Below are positions 33,503-43,889 of a stretch of 46,182 nt of DNA, piece after piece. The stretch covers positions 1 to 46,182 of the IMG/VR virus record IMGVR_UViG_3300011438_000016; one strand, written 5' to 3'. The notes below the pieces were generated by a model. The model did no database searches, was not told the DNA's origin, and worked only from the letters and a program-made list of their open reading frames with translations. How positions within the stretch are numbered: the first letter of the stretch is position 1; each line of letters starts with the position of its first letter. The position numbers were made by a program, and so were the translations under genes. The DNA comes from a virus (taxonomy: Duplodnaviria; Caudoviricetes).

Positions 33503-35531
33503 TGGATGCCTCTACCTGTGCTTTAAACTCTGGATCTGTCCGCATAAGGAACTCGAGCTTCTTCTGGAGCAGCGGACCCGTCGCCCCGGCGAGGAACTTA
33601 CTGTAGCGGTCCCCGGCAGCGCCTACTTTGCTCAGGGCCTTACCCACGGGCTCAGTAACTGAGGTCGCAAGGACTGGGTCTTTGACCAGCGCTTCAGCGG
33701 CACCAAAGAAAGTGCGCCCGCTGAGGGGGTTGAGGAAGCCTCGAGCAGCGCGTGAGGCTATGCGGCTAGGGATTCCCTGTTCCTGACGCATTTGTAGCAA
33801 ACGTGTATTGACTCCCTCAGCCGCCTTAGGGGCGATGGACTCCGCGGTGGGTAGGGGCTCAGGGGTATAGACCTCAGGAGTAAAGCCGGCCTTCGGATTA
33901 AGTTTAATGCCCTCTAGACCGACATCAAGGCCCATGTTCGGGGGGAGCGGCGGCTTCGGAGCAGGGAAGGGAGCAATGGGATTAGGTTTAAGTGGGGATG
34001 TCGGAGCTTGTTCGAGTCCCAGGTACGCCGGTAGCGGAGCTGGTTTAGGAGGCAGGCCAGCCAGCGGGTTGGGTTTCAGAGTCCCAGTGGTGGGCAGTAG
34101 GTCCGGGCGCATGAAGAAACCGTTATCCGCCGGTCCCCCACCACCTCCGCCCCCGCCGCGCTCAGCTTTTAGAGCAGCGACGATCTTCTGGAGCACCGCC
34201 GCCTTGCCTCCCGCGAACTCCCCCAGCTCGGTATTGGCTTGGGCCTGGTAGTCGGGAAGAATGGCCTTAGCGCCGGCCTCTGCCTCCGGGGTTAGCTCAA
34301 GGCCAAGATCGCCCTTCGACCGCAGGAAACGAAAATTCTCTTGGACCTTCGAGCCCAGCTTGCCCATAGCCTGCGCCATGAGGTCCGGCTGTCCGGGGAT
34401 GCTAGGCGATCCGGTGCCACCCTCGCCGCCGACCGGGGACGTGGAGCGTTTAAGCAGAGACGCCCGCTCCTTAAGGCTCCGCATTTCATTAGCTCGGGTG
34501 GTGCGGGCCTCTTTTAGCACGGGGGACGCGCTAACTGGGCTAGTATCGGACTGGAGCGTACTAAAGATTTCCTTGAGCCTTTGCTGTGCCGCTTCGTTTC
34601 CCTGACGCACGGGCGACGCACTGACGGGGCTCTTAGATTCCTGCGCTTCCTTAAAAGCGTTGGTGACCTTAGTCTCCGCGGCCTTGTTTCTGGCGCCGAT
34701 TGTCTCCTCGCCCAAGGCATTGCGAGCTTTAACCTCTGCGGTCTCCTTAGGCAGTAGTTCTCGGATTAGTTTTATAGTTTGAGCGTCTCTTGCGCTCTGC
34801 CCCGCGTACTCCAGGGGCTTACCTAGGTGCCGGGCTTTGCCTGCGTAGGTCGTAGTACCCAACGTTAAGCCATTTAATATCTCGGCAGCGCTCTCGACGC
34901 GGTTGTCGTTGATTGCGCCCTTGCCTACCATAACAGGCGCGGTAAGCTCAGGGGCTCCGAACGCCGCGGCTCCCCAGCCTGCGCCTTGCTTTGCTGCATC
35001 CCAAGCCACCTCAGGGTCGTGGGTAGAGGCGAGGGTCTGGAGACCGCTGGTAGCGCCGCCGAATAGCCCACCCAACGCAGCTCTACCGAGGCGTTGCCGG
35101 AGGAATCCCCCGCCTACTTTGCCGGCGAGGCCTAGGACTTTGGGTATCCCCGCTGTCCCAGCTCCAGCTACGAAGCCTGCGATGTCCCCAGCCGCCGCGG
35201 AGTAGGGGTTACGCTTAGCTCCCTCGGTCAATCGCTCGACGAGGTTAGCCTTTAAGGCCCCGGGAGGCGGCGCGTTCTTGCTAAAGGTACCCCCGGTGAT
35301 CGCTTGTTGTTTAGCTTCCTCGAGATCCGGAGCGAGGCCCATCGCTGCGGTGTCGTAGGCGTGGGATAGACCCGTCATGCCCATGTCCCCGATGGTCTCG
35401 AGCGTGCTCCTAGGCTTCTGCGCCTCCGCAGGAATCATCCACTCAGGGAGCTTTTCTTCCTTAGGCTCCGGAGCAGGCGCAGCTTCCGTGCCAGCGGGGA
35501 TCATCCACTCCGGTAGTTTAACGTCGGACAC
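33492..35531 (-). CDS. Putative internal virion (ejection) protein with internal repeats
   Basis: 2x KLPEWMIPA, 2x SPVSASPV, Pro-rich LKPNP repeats, Gly/Ala-rich helices. Confidence 0.7.
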   Translation of the reverse strand: MSDVKLPEWMIPAGTEAAPAPEPKEEKLPEWMIPAEAQKPRSTLETIGDMGMTGLSHAYDTAAMGLAPDLEEAKQQAITGGTFSKNAPPPGALKANLVERLTEGAKRNPYSAAAGDIAGFVAGAGTAGIPKVLGLAGKVGGGFLRQRLGRAALGGLFGGATSGLQTLASTHDPEVAWDAAKQGAGWGAAAFGAPELTAPVMVGKGAINDNRVESAAEILNGLTLGTTTYAGKARHLGKPLEYAGQSARDAQTIKLIRELLPKETAEVKARNALGEETIGARNKAAETKVTNAFKEAQESKSPVSASPVRQGNEAAQQRLKEIFSTLQSDTSPVSASPVLKEARTTRANEMRSLKERASLLKRSTSPVGGEGGTGSPSIPGQPDLMAQAMGKLGSKVQENFRFLRSKGDLGLELTPEAEAGAKAILPDYQAQANTELGEFAGGKAAVLQKIVAALKAERGGGGGGGGPADNGFFMRPDLLPTTGTLKPNPLAGLPPKPAPLPAYLGLEQAPTSPLKPNPIAPFPAPKPPLPPNMGLDVGLEGIKLNPKAGFTPEVYTPEPLPTAESIAPKAAEGVNTRLLQMRQEQGIPSRIASRAARGFLNPLSGRTFFGAAEALVKDPVLATSVTEPVGKALSKVGAAGDRYSKFLAGATGPLLQKKLEFLMRTDPEFKAQVEASNGQ

Positions 35532-37590
35532 TCTTCACCGGCGTAGCCTTGTACTTAGCCTTGGCTTCTTCGACCTTCTCAGGCGGTACGTAAACAAAGG
35601 AACCATCGGGCAGCTGCATCGTCTTGAGCCCGGGTCTATCAGCCGGGGGAGCAGCGGTAGGCGAGACTTTCTTAGCTTTCGGCGGAGTATTGAGATCCAG
35701 GTTATAGCGATCCGGTTCTTTGATCTCTTCTTTGTTTGGCAGTGCCGGGGGAGGCGTAAAGCCGGCGGGGTTAATGCCTCGAGCGCCGGTAGTCCCAGAC
35801 GACGGGGGATTCATAGCCGGCGCGACTTCCGTAGGGTCCTCAGGCCGGGACTCGTTGAACATCGACGTGGCCATGTTGGGGTTGGCTTTAATGTACTGAC
35901 GCCAGACATCGGGGTGCGCGGCGTACAGACGGTTAACGGCTTGCTCTGACAGCTCCGACAGCCGCTTTACAGACTCTTTGACGTTGTGGCCGTTGGAAAT
36001 GTTGTTCAATGCGAGCTTATACTCAGCGTTCTCGCGGGGGGTAAAGACAACGCCCGTGATGCCCTTTCTTTCCAAGGAATAGGCCAGAGTCAACGCGTGC
36101 TGTACGTCCTGCGCCGGCTGAGACTTCATGGCATCGATGCCCGTACCGACGATACCCGGCACCATATCCTGTACGCCCTGGACCACCGTATGCCCCGGAC
36201 CAACGCCCGCGATATCCCCTGTTTCAGGATTGGTGTTCGCTTGGATAGTGTTGACGAGGTCCTTAACGATCTTCAGGACAGAGGCTTCCTCGGGCTTGAT
36301 TGCGTTGCCTAAGGATGCAAGGCGCGCAAGGCGCTTATCATCCTGTCTAACTCGTTCGTCCTCGAGCCGAGTAGCCGTGGTATTGGTGCGGCCTTTCTCA
36401 CCCTCTTCTCGGGAAAACTTCTGACCTAGTTGCTGATGAACCCAGTCCCTAGCCGCGCCGAGACCTTTAGCTGTGCCGCCGAAGGCTCTAACCTTGTCGC
36501 CCATGCCGGGGATGGCCTCGTCTGCGCGTTGGGCTAGTGCCTCCAAGGCCGTGGCGCTCTCATCGGGTCCTGTGTGACTGGCCTTAGCTTGGGCCTTAAG
36601 CAAATCGGTTTCCGAATTAATGATGTCACGAGCGCCTGGGAGCTGGCTGGCGGAAAGAGCCTCAAATCGATCCCCCATTCGTTCCCTGAGAGCTTTGCCC
36701 ACCGTAGTTCCAGAAAATAGAGCCCGGGCACGTACAGATACGTCGCTTCCAGGGTCTCGCATTGCTTCATCTAGTTCTAGCTCTCTCTGCCGCTTACCCG
36801 CCGCAGCGTCCTGATCGGCCAACGCGCGCCGACGCATTACATCGTTAAAGGAATCGTCTCGACGGGCTCGGGTCGAAGCTCCGAGATCCTTAGCAGTGCC
36901 GCCGCCTGCGTGATTCAAGGACTCAATGGCATCCATAAACCGAGCACTATTGTCGGTACCGGCTCGGTCTTTAATGGCAGCCTCGAGCGCAGCCCTGTCG
37001 GCACCCTGGCCGTAGGGGTCTTTACCGGGGAGCGGAGCTACCTTGGGAGCAGCGGCAGGCGGGAGAGCCATGTAATCCGCGTCGGGCTCCGTGGGCATCA
37101 TCCCAAGCTCGGGAGCTTCCGGGGGCAATTTCAAAGTGACGTTCGGCTCCGCCTCGTCCATGTACTGCTTAAGGGCGAGGGGCTCGTGGCCATTCTTAAG
37201 CATATCGACACTAGGAGCAAAACTCTGACCCTCCCAGTGCCCGCCCTTATAAGCCCCGGGAGCGCCGCTGTACTGAGACTCGTCGCTAAACGTAGGGTGA
37301 TTCGGCTTCTTAAACGTATCGGGCATGTGCCCTACGTCCGCGCCGGGATTGGCTTTAAATTGGCCTTGGAGGTCGTAATCCGCGGAGTCCTGAGCTACGT
37401 TACGCCCGCGCTTTATCGACTGCTCCGCCACCCACTGCTTAAAGCGCACCTGTTCGTCGGGGGTAAGCTTAGTGGTATAGGGATCTTCTACTTCCTCTAC
37501 CAAAGGAGCTAACTCCTCAGGGGGCTCCGCCAGAGGTGCCAAAGCAGCCCGTTGGAGCAAGAAGTCCTCGTCTTCCGGTGTACGCGGCAT
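35518..37590 (-). CDS. Putative internal virion (ejection) protein
   Basis: DYDLQG...GHMPDTFKKPNHPTFSDESQY domain; GGAGG RBS. Confidence 0.7.
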   Translation of the reverse strand: MPRTPEDEDFLLQRAALAPLAEPPEELAPLVEEVEDPYTTKLTPDEQVRFKQWVAEQSIKRGRNVAQDSADYDLQGQFKANPGADVGHMPDTFKKPNHPTFSDESQYSGAPGAYKGGHWEGQSFAPSVDMLKNGHEPLALKQYMDEAEPNVTLKLPPEAPELGMMPTEPDADYMALPPAAAPKVAPLPGKDPYGQGADRAALEAAIKDRAGTDNSARFMDAIESLNHAGGGTAKDLGASTRARRDDSFNDVMRRRALADQDAAAGKRQRELELDEAMRDPGSDVSVRARALFSGTTVGKALRERMGDRFEALSASQLPGARDIINSETDLLKAQAKASHTGPDESATALEALAQRADEAIPGMGDKVRAFGGTAKGLGAARDWVHQQLGQKFSREEGEKGRTNTTATRLEDERVRQDDKRLARLASLGNAIKPEEASVLKIVKDLVNTIQANTNPETGDIAGVGPGHTVVQGVQDMVPGIVGTGIDAMKSQPAQDVQHALTLAYSLERKGITGVVFTPRENAEYKLALNNISNGHNVKESVKRLSELSEQAVNRLYAAHPDVWRQYIKANPNMATSMFNESRPEDPTEVAPAMNPPSSGTTGARGINPAGFTPPPALPNKEEIKEPDRYNLDLNTPPKAKKVSPTAAPPADRPGLKTMQLPDGSFVYVPPEKVEEAKAKYKATPVKSVRR

Positions 37591-38528
37591 TAGTACCTCC
37601 ACCGAATCCCATCTTCTTCTTCGTCTTCCTTTACTTTCCCGGACATTGGTACTGGAGCCTGGTTATAAGGACCCGTGGGACCAGGACCGTAGGGGTCACT
37701 GCCACTGCTGCTACCAGAGCCACCCATGCCAGCGAACGCCGGGATGGCCTGCGCAATACCCGTGCCAAAGTCAGAGATCCGTTGCCCAGACGCCGCGCCC
37801 GCTCGGGTTTCGTTGGCGGCGATGTTCGTTTGTCCCCCGGCTCTCCCAGCAGCCAAGGTAGTTCGATTCTGGAATTGCTGTTGCGGGATACCGAGGTTAT
37901 AGCGCTGAGCCCGTTCCTTAGCCCCGGCGTTGTACTGCGCAATCCTATCCGCTGCGGAGGCTCGCTGCGTCGCTTCTGAGAAGCCCTGCTGCCTAACGTC
38001 CCCAGCCATCTTCCCGCGCTGCAAGACAGCTTCGATAGCACGGCGCCGAGCGTCCCCAGCGGTCTTAGCTCCCGCGAGTGCGCCGGCTTCTTGCTGGTCC
38101 CGCGCTGCTCCCAACTGCAAAGCCGCTGAGACTCCGCCCGGGGCTTGGCCACTGCGTGCGAGAACATTAACGATGCTCTGGCGCTGCGCTTGGGCTCGCT
38201 GAGCCGCGTCGCGCTGGAGCATCTCGTTATTGACGCGGTCTTCGAGAGTCATGCCCCCGGAGTCGGAGATATCTTTAAACTGAGCTAACGCGTCTGTCTG
38301 AGCCGCGGCGAGAGCGGGGTCGGCGTGGACGTCCGCCATGGCCGAAGGACCCAACTGCTCCGCGACCATCTGCTGGAGCACCGGCAGCGGGATATTCCAG
38401 GCCGCGGCCGCCCTACGCAAAGCCTCGTCTGCGTTGCCCCGAGCAATCTCGTTCTCGAGGATCGCTATCCCCGAGGCGCCCAGCTGCATAACTGTCCCTG
38501 CTGCTCCTGCTGCTCCCGATGCGTCCAT
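37590..38528 (-). CDS. Putative internal virion / DNA pilot protein
   Basis: Ala/Gln/Gly-rich coiled coil. Confidence 0.7.
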   Translation of the reverse strand: MDASGAAGAAGTVMQLGASGIAILENEIARGNADEALRRAAAAWNIPLPVLQQMVAEQLGPSAMADVHADPALAAAQTDALAQFKDISDSGGMTLEDRVNNEMLQRDAAQRAQAQRQSIVNVLARSGQAPGGVSAALQLGAARDQQEAGALAGAKTAGDARRRAIEAVLQRGKMAGDVRQQGFSEATQRASAADRIAQYNAGAKERAQRYNLGIPQQQFQNRTTLAAGRAGGQTNIAANETRAGAASGQRISDFGTGIAQAIPAFAGMGGSGSSSGSDPYGPGPTGPYNQAPVPMSGKVKEDEEEDGIRWRY

Positions 38529-39532
38529 TACCCGCCCCTCTGAGGCGCTGGTTGCCCCGTCCCGGCCTGAGCGGCTCGGTTGTTATCAATGATTTGCTTA
38601 ATGTGATCGGTGTTGCTGTCGTAGTACCGGCGAGCTTCGGCCTCGGATAGCGTCGGATTCATCATGCGGTACTCGTGGAAATAATCGTCCTCTGACTGAG
38701 CAGCCGCTGATGCTTGGTTCTCAGCGGTTTGGCGCAGAGCCTCGCGAGCATCGGCCTCAGCGCGATTGCGATCTATAGTTGCGCGGGCCTCCGTTGCGAC
38801 CCTCTTCGTGTCCGCCGCCGCCCGGTCTGCCACGCCCGTATCCCCGACGGCCCCCGCGAAGCGACCTCGGAGCCCTTGGAATCGCTGCTGAGCTGCTTTA
38901 ATTTCCCCGGCTCCGTCGGATCCAATGAGGAAATCGTTAAAGCGACCCAAGCCGCCAGTCATATGCGAGGGGTTACGATTTAGAGCAGCATACTCCTGCC
39001 CGGCGCGGTTGAGGCCTAGTTGCATGTCTTCGAGATTAACCCCCGGCGTCTCAGCCAGAGAGGCAGGGCCTTTGTACGTAGCCCCTGCGACCTGCTCCTG
39101 CTGTGCGATGCTATCCCCCGTATTAAGTCGCGTAGTGGTACGGCCGCGCGTCAATGCACCACCAGGACCACTGCCAACCAAAGGCGGAGGTTCCGCTGGA
39201 GTGATTGCCTTCGGCACAGCAGCCTGCGCAGCCTGGGTAAACCGACTCTGCGCATCCCCGAGCTGTCTATTAACTCCGGCTGCTGCGGTGTCCGCCTTCT
39301 GCACAGCCTCCTGAGCCATCCGTGCGCCCTGCCCCTTATTAGCGTAGAGGAGTCGTGACAGGTCATTAAAGTGACTGCGTACTGGAGCCGCTGGAGCCGG
39401 AGCATTTGTGCCTCCGCCGCCCGCTGGAGCTGCGCCGACGACTGCCTGCTGAGCCACTAGGGCAGGGTCCGGCGTACCGAGGGTCTCCTCTTGCGCTGCT
39501 TTCTCTTGATCTGGACGTGAAACGCGTGCCAT
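38528..39532 (-). CDS. Putative internal virion protein
   Basis: Ala/Gln-rich; YANKGQG motif; follows late promoter. Confidence 0.7.
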   Translation of the reverse strand: MARVSRPDQEKAAQEETLGTPDPALVAQQAVVGAAPAGGGGTNAPAPAAPVRSHFNDLSRLLYANKGQGARMAQEAVQKADTAAAGVNRQLGDAQSRFTQAAQAAVPKAITPAEPPPLVGSGPGGALTRGRTTTRLNTGDSIAQQEQVAGATYKGPASLAETPGVNLEDMQLGLNRAGQEYAALNRNPSHMTGGLGRFNDFLIGSDGAGEIKAAQQRFQGLRGRFAGAVGDTGVADRAAADTKRVATEARATIDRNRAEADAREALRQTAENQASAAAQSEDDYFHEYRMMNPTLSEAEARRYYDSNTDHIKQIIDNNRAAQAGTGQPAPQRGG

Positions 39533-39545
39533 AGTCTGCCCTATA

Positions 39546-39560
39546 TACTTATTATTACTT
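39546..39560 (-). promoter_or_regulatory. Putative late promoter AAGTAATAATAAGTA
   Basis: 13 nt upstream of ATG 39532. Confidence 0.7.
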
Positions 39561-39945
39561 ACACTATGATTAGAGTGATTGTGTACTTTGTGCTGGCGGC
39601 TAAGCCTGTGATATCATGGATGCGGATTTTAGAGCCTTCCATCAGTTCCCAGTAAGTCACGGTAACCGCGCCTGAGGGAGCATTCTGCGTAACCTGAGCT
39701 ACCCGGATCTCCTCAGGAGTGCCGCCCAAAGTACAGTCGAAGGTCAGCGGGAAATTAGGGTTAGTGGTATCGATGTTAATGACCTTCTTCATCGATCTAA
39801 AGTTGTCCGCGCGGGTGAGACGCTGTGTCAGGGCGTAGGTCACCGACGAAATAAAGTCATTGATCTCAGCCAGTGCGTCGGAGAACCAATCCACGTCGGC
39901 AGGCGGTTCGATGCTCCACTGTCTCTGTTTCGGAGGAGGAGCCAT
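39559..39945 (-). CDS. Virion structural protein
   Basis: Coupled to the tail gene; beta-rich C-terminus. Confidence 0.7.
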   Translation of the reverse strand: MAPPPKQRQWSIEPPADVDWFSDALAEINDFISSVTYALTQRLTRADNFRSMKKVINIDTTNPNFPLTFDCTLGGTPEEIRVAQVTQNAPSGAVTVTYWELMEGSKIRIHDITGLAASTKYTITLIIV

Positions 39946-42698
39946 TAGCGGGTATTACGCTCCGACATATTCTCGTAGATTGGGGTAACACCCATGAGTT
40001 GCCACTGGGCCTGCGCCTCACGCAGCGCAAAGCCCACACTGAGGTAGGACACGCGGCGGGCGTTGGTCGGGATTGCAATGCGCTTATTGACCGGGCGAGA
40101 TGGCTGCTCCCAGCCGAAGAGTCCCCAGCCCACCGCACCGAAGCCGCCGAGGCTGAAGTCAATCTGTTCGATATAGGGATTGGTGTCCCCGGCGAAAAGG
40201 CCCTTACCCAGCGAGAACCCAGGCGTCCTGAAATGGTAGGTTACTTCTCTGAAGTTCTTCCGCTCCTCAGGCCCAGAGGCGAATAGGGGTGTATTGAGCA
40301 CCGTATTCTGGATGCCGGGGTAACAAGTCGCCGCAGCGATGGTCCAGTCGATAGTGTCGTTGACCACTACGTCGTAGGTATTAATGCCCGTGGACTCCAC
40401 CGACCCGATTAAGGATCTCAGAATCGGAGACTGGTAAAGCAGATCCCCCGCCGTGGGCTCAATCGTAGAGGTCAGGCTTACTACGCCCCCAGATGCCGCG
40501 GTTATGGTGACCTGCCAATCTTCGTCTGCGTAGTCGGTACGGTCGAAGTTCTTGCGCTCGTAGGAAACCTGGGTGCTCAGTGGTGTAGTAACGTAGAGCA
40601 GGTCTGTCTGTGGAATGATGACGCCGGAGTCCATGGGCTTAGTCCAGCGAGTCCAGGACTTCGTCACCACATCGTAGGCCCAAGCCTGTGTATTGTGAGC
40701 ATCCTCGACCGTGGTAGGCATAGCCAGGATGTATTTGCGGTAAGACTCATAACCCACCGCGAAGGCCTGGACCTTGAGCACCGGCAGCCCTACGCCGTAG
40801 AGTGCTTTAATCTCAGATTCGATGGGGACGGAAAGGATAGTAGGGCCTGCTTCATTAAACCTAACAACGCCTTGGGTCGTTAGACAGTAAATCGCGTCGT
40901 CAAAGTTAACCAGAGTGTCCGGAGCCACCAGAGTAGCAGTAGCGGAGAGGCTGGTAACCTGATAAGGATATGAATTCGACACCACAAAGGTACCGGCGAT
41001 ATCCGTAAAAACGTAGAGTTTATCCCTAAGAGGGCGGATGCGGAGGATGGTAGCATTCCGCGGACCGATGGGTAGCCGGTTGAGCAGCGGAACGGCCTCG
41101 GGCTGATTCTGCTTAGAGAACCACAGGCCGTTGCTACTGGGAGTCGAAGACGAAGTAATTGCCCCGAAGGAGCTGGTAGTAAAGACTGGATTCCACGCGC
41201 TTGGTCGAGAAACGTAGACCTCGAACGCTGCGGCGCCTGGGACTCTACTCCGCGCCAATAGCTGTCCCGGCAGATCGTCGGGGCCAGAGGTGTAGAAGAG
41301 GTTGACGCTAGGGCCTGGGGAGCTGGAGTACTGCTGCGCTAGTTCTTGGGCTGTCTTAGCGACGTTGGTCGCCGCGTCAAAAGACGTATAGACCCGGAAT
41401 TGCGTTACCGTAGGAGTAGAGGCTTCGGCGATCCCCGTAAACGTGACGCCCGCGATGGTAATGGAATCGCCGGCTACGAGCCCGTTGGGAGCGCCGGTGC
41501 CTAGGAGCGAAAAGGACAGCGTCTGAAGTTCTTGGTAATTAGCACCCCAGAGCCGCTGGTCAAACTGAGCGATGTCTAGGCAATAAGGCGGCTGGCCGTT
41601 GTCATTCTGGAGCGAGGAATCCGGGGGCTCACCATCATCGGTATTGGTGTAGAGTGGATCCTGGAGCAGCGAGTCCGGGATAACATCGGTGTAGGTAAAG
41701 TACCCGGCAGTAATGTCCCCTGCGACCAGCGTGTACTCTTTGTCCAAGTAATACTGCGGACGTGGGAGAACATCGGCTCCTACCGATTGCTTGGCGCGGT
41801 AAACTAAGACAGTATCGCCCACGGCGGCGTCGGCGGGGAGCTGAACATAGACTTGGACATTTTTGGTTCCATAGGACACCGTAGCTATATAAGCATTCGT
41901 GGGGTATAGGAACCCGGCGCCGCCGCCGCTCAGCGTAAAAAAACTAGGACCAGCACTAGTGACAGTATAGTTTCCTGATACAAAATTCGTGTCCAACGGA
42001 TCGAATGCTATGCCTACTTCTTGACCGACGATTAATGTGTTCTCCACAGTAGCTAAAGTAGTTGGAATCGGAAAGCCCGCTGCGATTTGTCCTACTGGGA
42101 TCGTGAAATCCGGCGCGTTCTTTACGAAGACGGGGTTGGACGGTGTCCCTTCGTGAGGAATATCATTGGCGTCTGTGCGGAAGAACGTAGCCACGTAGGC
42201 TGTCTGCGCATCGGCCGCCAGCCAACCAGCGTCTGGGGTGCCTGTTATAGCAGTGGTGTTAAGGACACTAGTCGGCGTCGGGCCTCGAGGCTCACCCGCG
42301 GGGATAGCAGTGCCTCCGATCGGCGTATCAATGACCCTAATTCCGTCAGAAGTAAAGTAGAAGCTAAGAGACATTTCCTCGGCTTTCATACGCAAAGTCT
42401 GAGGAGCCGGGGGACCAGTGCTACCCGTATATGGAACGAAGGCTGCACCAGAGTTGTAGGAAAGCTCGTTTCGGTGTTGCACAATCAGCGTACCGCGAAA
42501 CGAAAAAGATGCCTTAACGAAAGATTGGAACCCGGCACTCAACTCATAAGGAAACCAAGCAAACCCACGCCTAGACTCCGCGACGCCCGGGGAGTTGATG
42601 ACGATGTTATCCGCGAGGATGTAGGCCCCGACTGGAGCTTGGAGCGTGGACGGAGATATCCAAAGACCCGCCGTGCCTAGAGATTTTTGGACCGCCAT
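39945..42698 (-). CDS. Tail tubular/nozzle (DNA stabilization) protein, beta-propeller-like
   Basis: 917 aa beta-rich; LWFSKQNQPEAVP; position between adaptor and ejection genes. Confidence 0.7.
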   Translation of the reverse strand: MAVQKSLGTAGLWISPSTLQAPVGAYILADNIVINSPGVAESRRGFAWFPYELSAGFQSFVKASFSFRGTLIVQHRNELSYNSGAAFVPYTGSTGPPAPQTLRMKAEEMSLSFYFTSDGIRVIDTPIGGTAIPAGEPRGPTPTSVLNTTAITGTPDAGWLAADAQTAYVATFFRTDANDIPHEGTPSNPVFVKNAPDFTIPVGQIAAGFPIPTTLATVENTLIVGQEVGIAFDPLDTNFVSGNYTVTSAGPSFFTLSGGGAGFLYPTNAYIATVSYGTKNVQVYVQLPADAAVGDTVLVYRAKQSVGADVLPRPQYYLDKEYTLVAGDITAGYFTYTDVIPDSLLQDPLYTNTDDGEPPDSSLQNDNGQPPYCLDIAQFDQRLWGANYQELQTLSFSLLGTGAPNGLVAGDSITIAGVTFTGIAEASTPTVTQFRVYTSFDAATNVAKTAQELAQQYSSSPGPSVNLFYTSGPDDLPGQLLARSRVPGAAAFEVYVSRPSAWNPVFTTSSFGAITSSSTPSSNGLWFSKQNQPEAVPLLNRLPIGPRNATILRIRPLRDKLYVFTDIAGTFVVSNSYPYQVTSLSATATLVAPDTLVNFDDAIYCLTTQGVVRFNEAGPTILSVPIESEIKALYGVGLPVLKVQAFAVGYESYRKYILAMPTTVEDAHNTQAWAYDVVTKSWTRWTKPMDSGVIIPQTDLLYVTTPLSTQVSYERKNFDRTDYADEDWQVTITAASGGVVSLTSTIEPTAGDLLYQSPILRSLIGSVESTGINTYDVVVNDTIDWTIAAATCYPGIQNTVLNTPLFASGPEERKNFREVTYHFRTPGFSLGKGLFAGDTNPYIEQIDFSLGGFGAVGWGLFGWEQPSRPVNKRIAIPTNARRVSYLSVGFALREAQAQWQLMGVTPIYENMSERNTR

Positions 42699-42701
42699 AG
42701 G

Positions 42702-43649
42702 TTAGTACCCGAAGCGATTGCGGCCGTGCCAGCCCGGACCGTTGAAATTAGTCAGATAGCGATTGTCCCCGATGGAGCGCGGGGTGATGAGTACCAAAGC
42801 CTCTTGGCGCTGGGCCTCGCACATCTCTCGGGCCACGGTCATCTTGGGGTCACCCGCGGACTCGAGGATCTTAGTCACTACACGCTGAGCTAGGAGTGAG
42901 TGCAATTCCACAGGGAGCTGCGGAATCGGAGACTCGCCGGCCAGAGCCACGTAGTCACCTACAGCTAGATCATCCGGGAGAGCGTCGTCAAAAGTAAGTA
43001 CGTTGCCCGCGATGTCAGCAGTCTGATCAAAAGCCAAGGTATCGAAACCCGGCTCCGAGTGGATGAAGTCGTAGGAGGTGCCGTCGGTAAAAGTCGTAGG
43101 TGCCGAGGAAAGGGTGACTTCATTGGTAGTGGTATCGATGTCAGTTATGAGCCCGCAGGAGGTCTCGAGGACTAGGCGATTGGGTCGGAGGAAATACATA
43201 ATTCTCAGCGTCGGGCCGCCATAGCTCGCCGAGAGAAGTTTGATATTGGTATTCTCGAAGATGTACCCCGGACCCATGCCCGAGTTGCCGAAGGTGCTGG
43301 GAGTCAGACCGTAGTAAGCGTTGTACGACTGCTTAGGCTCAACGCGCTGTAGGACAATCCAGTTATTCGGAGCTGAGCCCAAAAGGACCTGGCGGATCGA
43401 CGAGCCCACAGACCGCGGCGGAATAGCGAAGGTAACCTGGTTATTGCCGAGGGTATAGTCCTTCGAGCGCACGAACCACTCTTCCCGGATACCCGAGAGC
43501 AGGGTAACCATGTAGCTCTGGATCTCATCGGAAGCGAACGCGAGGATTTCCTCGGTCCCGTAGGAGCCGTCGGAGGTCTCGGGAATCTGCCCCCGGCGCT
43601 TAATGTCCGCGATTAGATTCGAGGCTAGGTATGGGTTAACGTTGGGCAC
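42702..43649 (-). CDS. Head-tail adaptor (tail tubular A-like)
   Basis: LIADIKRR, LPVELHSLL motifs; position. Confidence 0.65.
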   Translation of the reverse strand: MPNVNPYLASNLIADIKRRGQIPETSDGSYGTEEILAFASDEIQSYMVTLLSGIREEWFVRSKDYTLGNNQVTFAIPPRSVGSSIRQVLLGSAPNNWIVLQRVEPKQSYNAYYGLTPSTFGNSGMGPGYIFENTNIKLLSASYGGPTLRIMYFLRPNRLVLETSCGLITDIDTTTNEVTLSSAPTTFTDGTSYDFIHSEPGFDTLAFDQTADIAGNVLTFDDALPDDLAVGDYVALAGESPIPQLPVELHSLLAQRVVTKILESAGDPKMTVAREMCEAQRQEALVLITPRSIGDNRYLTNFNGPGWHGRNRFGY

Positions 43650-43655
43650 AGAGCA

Positions 43656-43874
43656 TTACTCCCCGCCCATCGACTCCAAGAGCTGCTTAAGCATCTCAGG
43701 ATCTAAATCAGAGGCTTCGCCCTCAGCTGCCTCAGCTCCGGGCATCTCGACAGCCTCCTCGCCCATAGGCTCCAGAGCCTCGGGGGCAGGGGGGCTCAGC
43801 TTAGACTTAAGACCATTGGCCCTAAGCTCGCCGACAAGCTTAAAAATCTCTTCAATTAGGCCACGTTCGTCCAT
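43656..43874 (-). CDS. Small acidic protein
   Basis: RBS AAGGG; after late promoter. Confidence 0.65.
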   Translation of the reverse strand: MDERGLIEEIFKLVGELRANGLKSKLSPPAPEALEPMGEEAVEMPGAEAAEGEASDLDPEMLKQLLESMGGE

Positions 43875-43889
43875 AGTATTCCCTTGTTA

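Noticed and set aside
28832-37767. Additional sigma54-like matches at 28832 (+), ~35480-35495 (-) and 37752-37767 (-)
   Set aside because: All lie inside coding sequence and are explicable by codons. They show that chance matches occur, so only the two intergenic, RBS-linked sites were called; 37752 is not fully excluded
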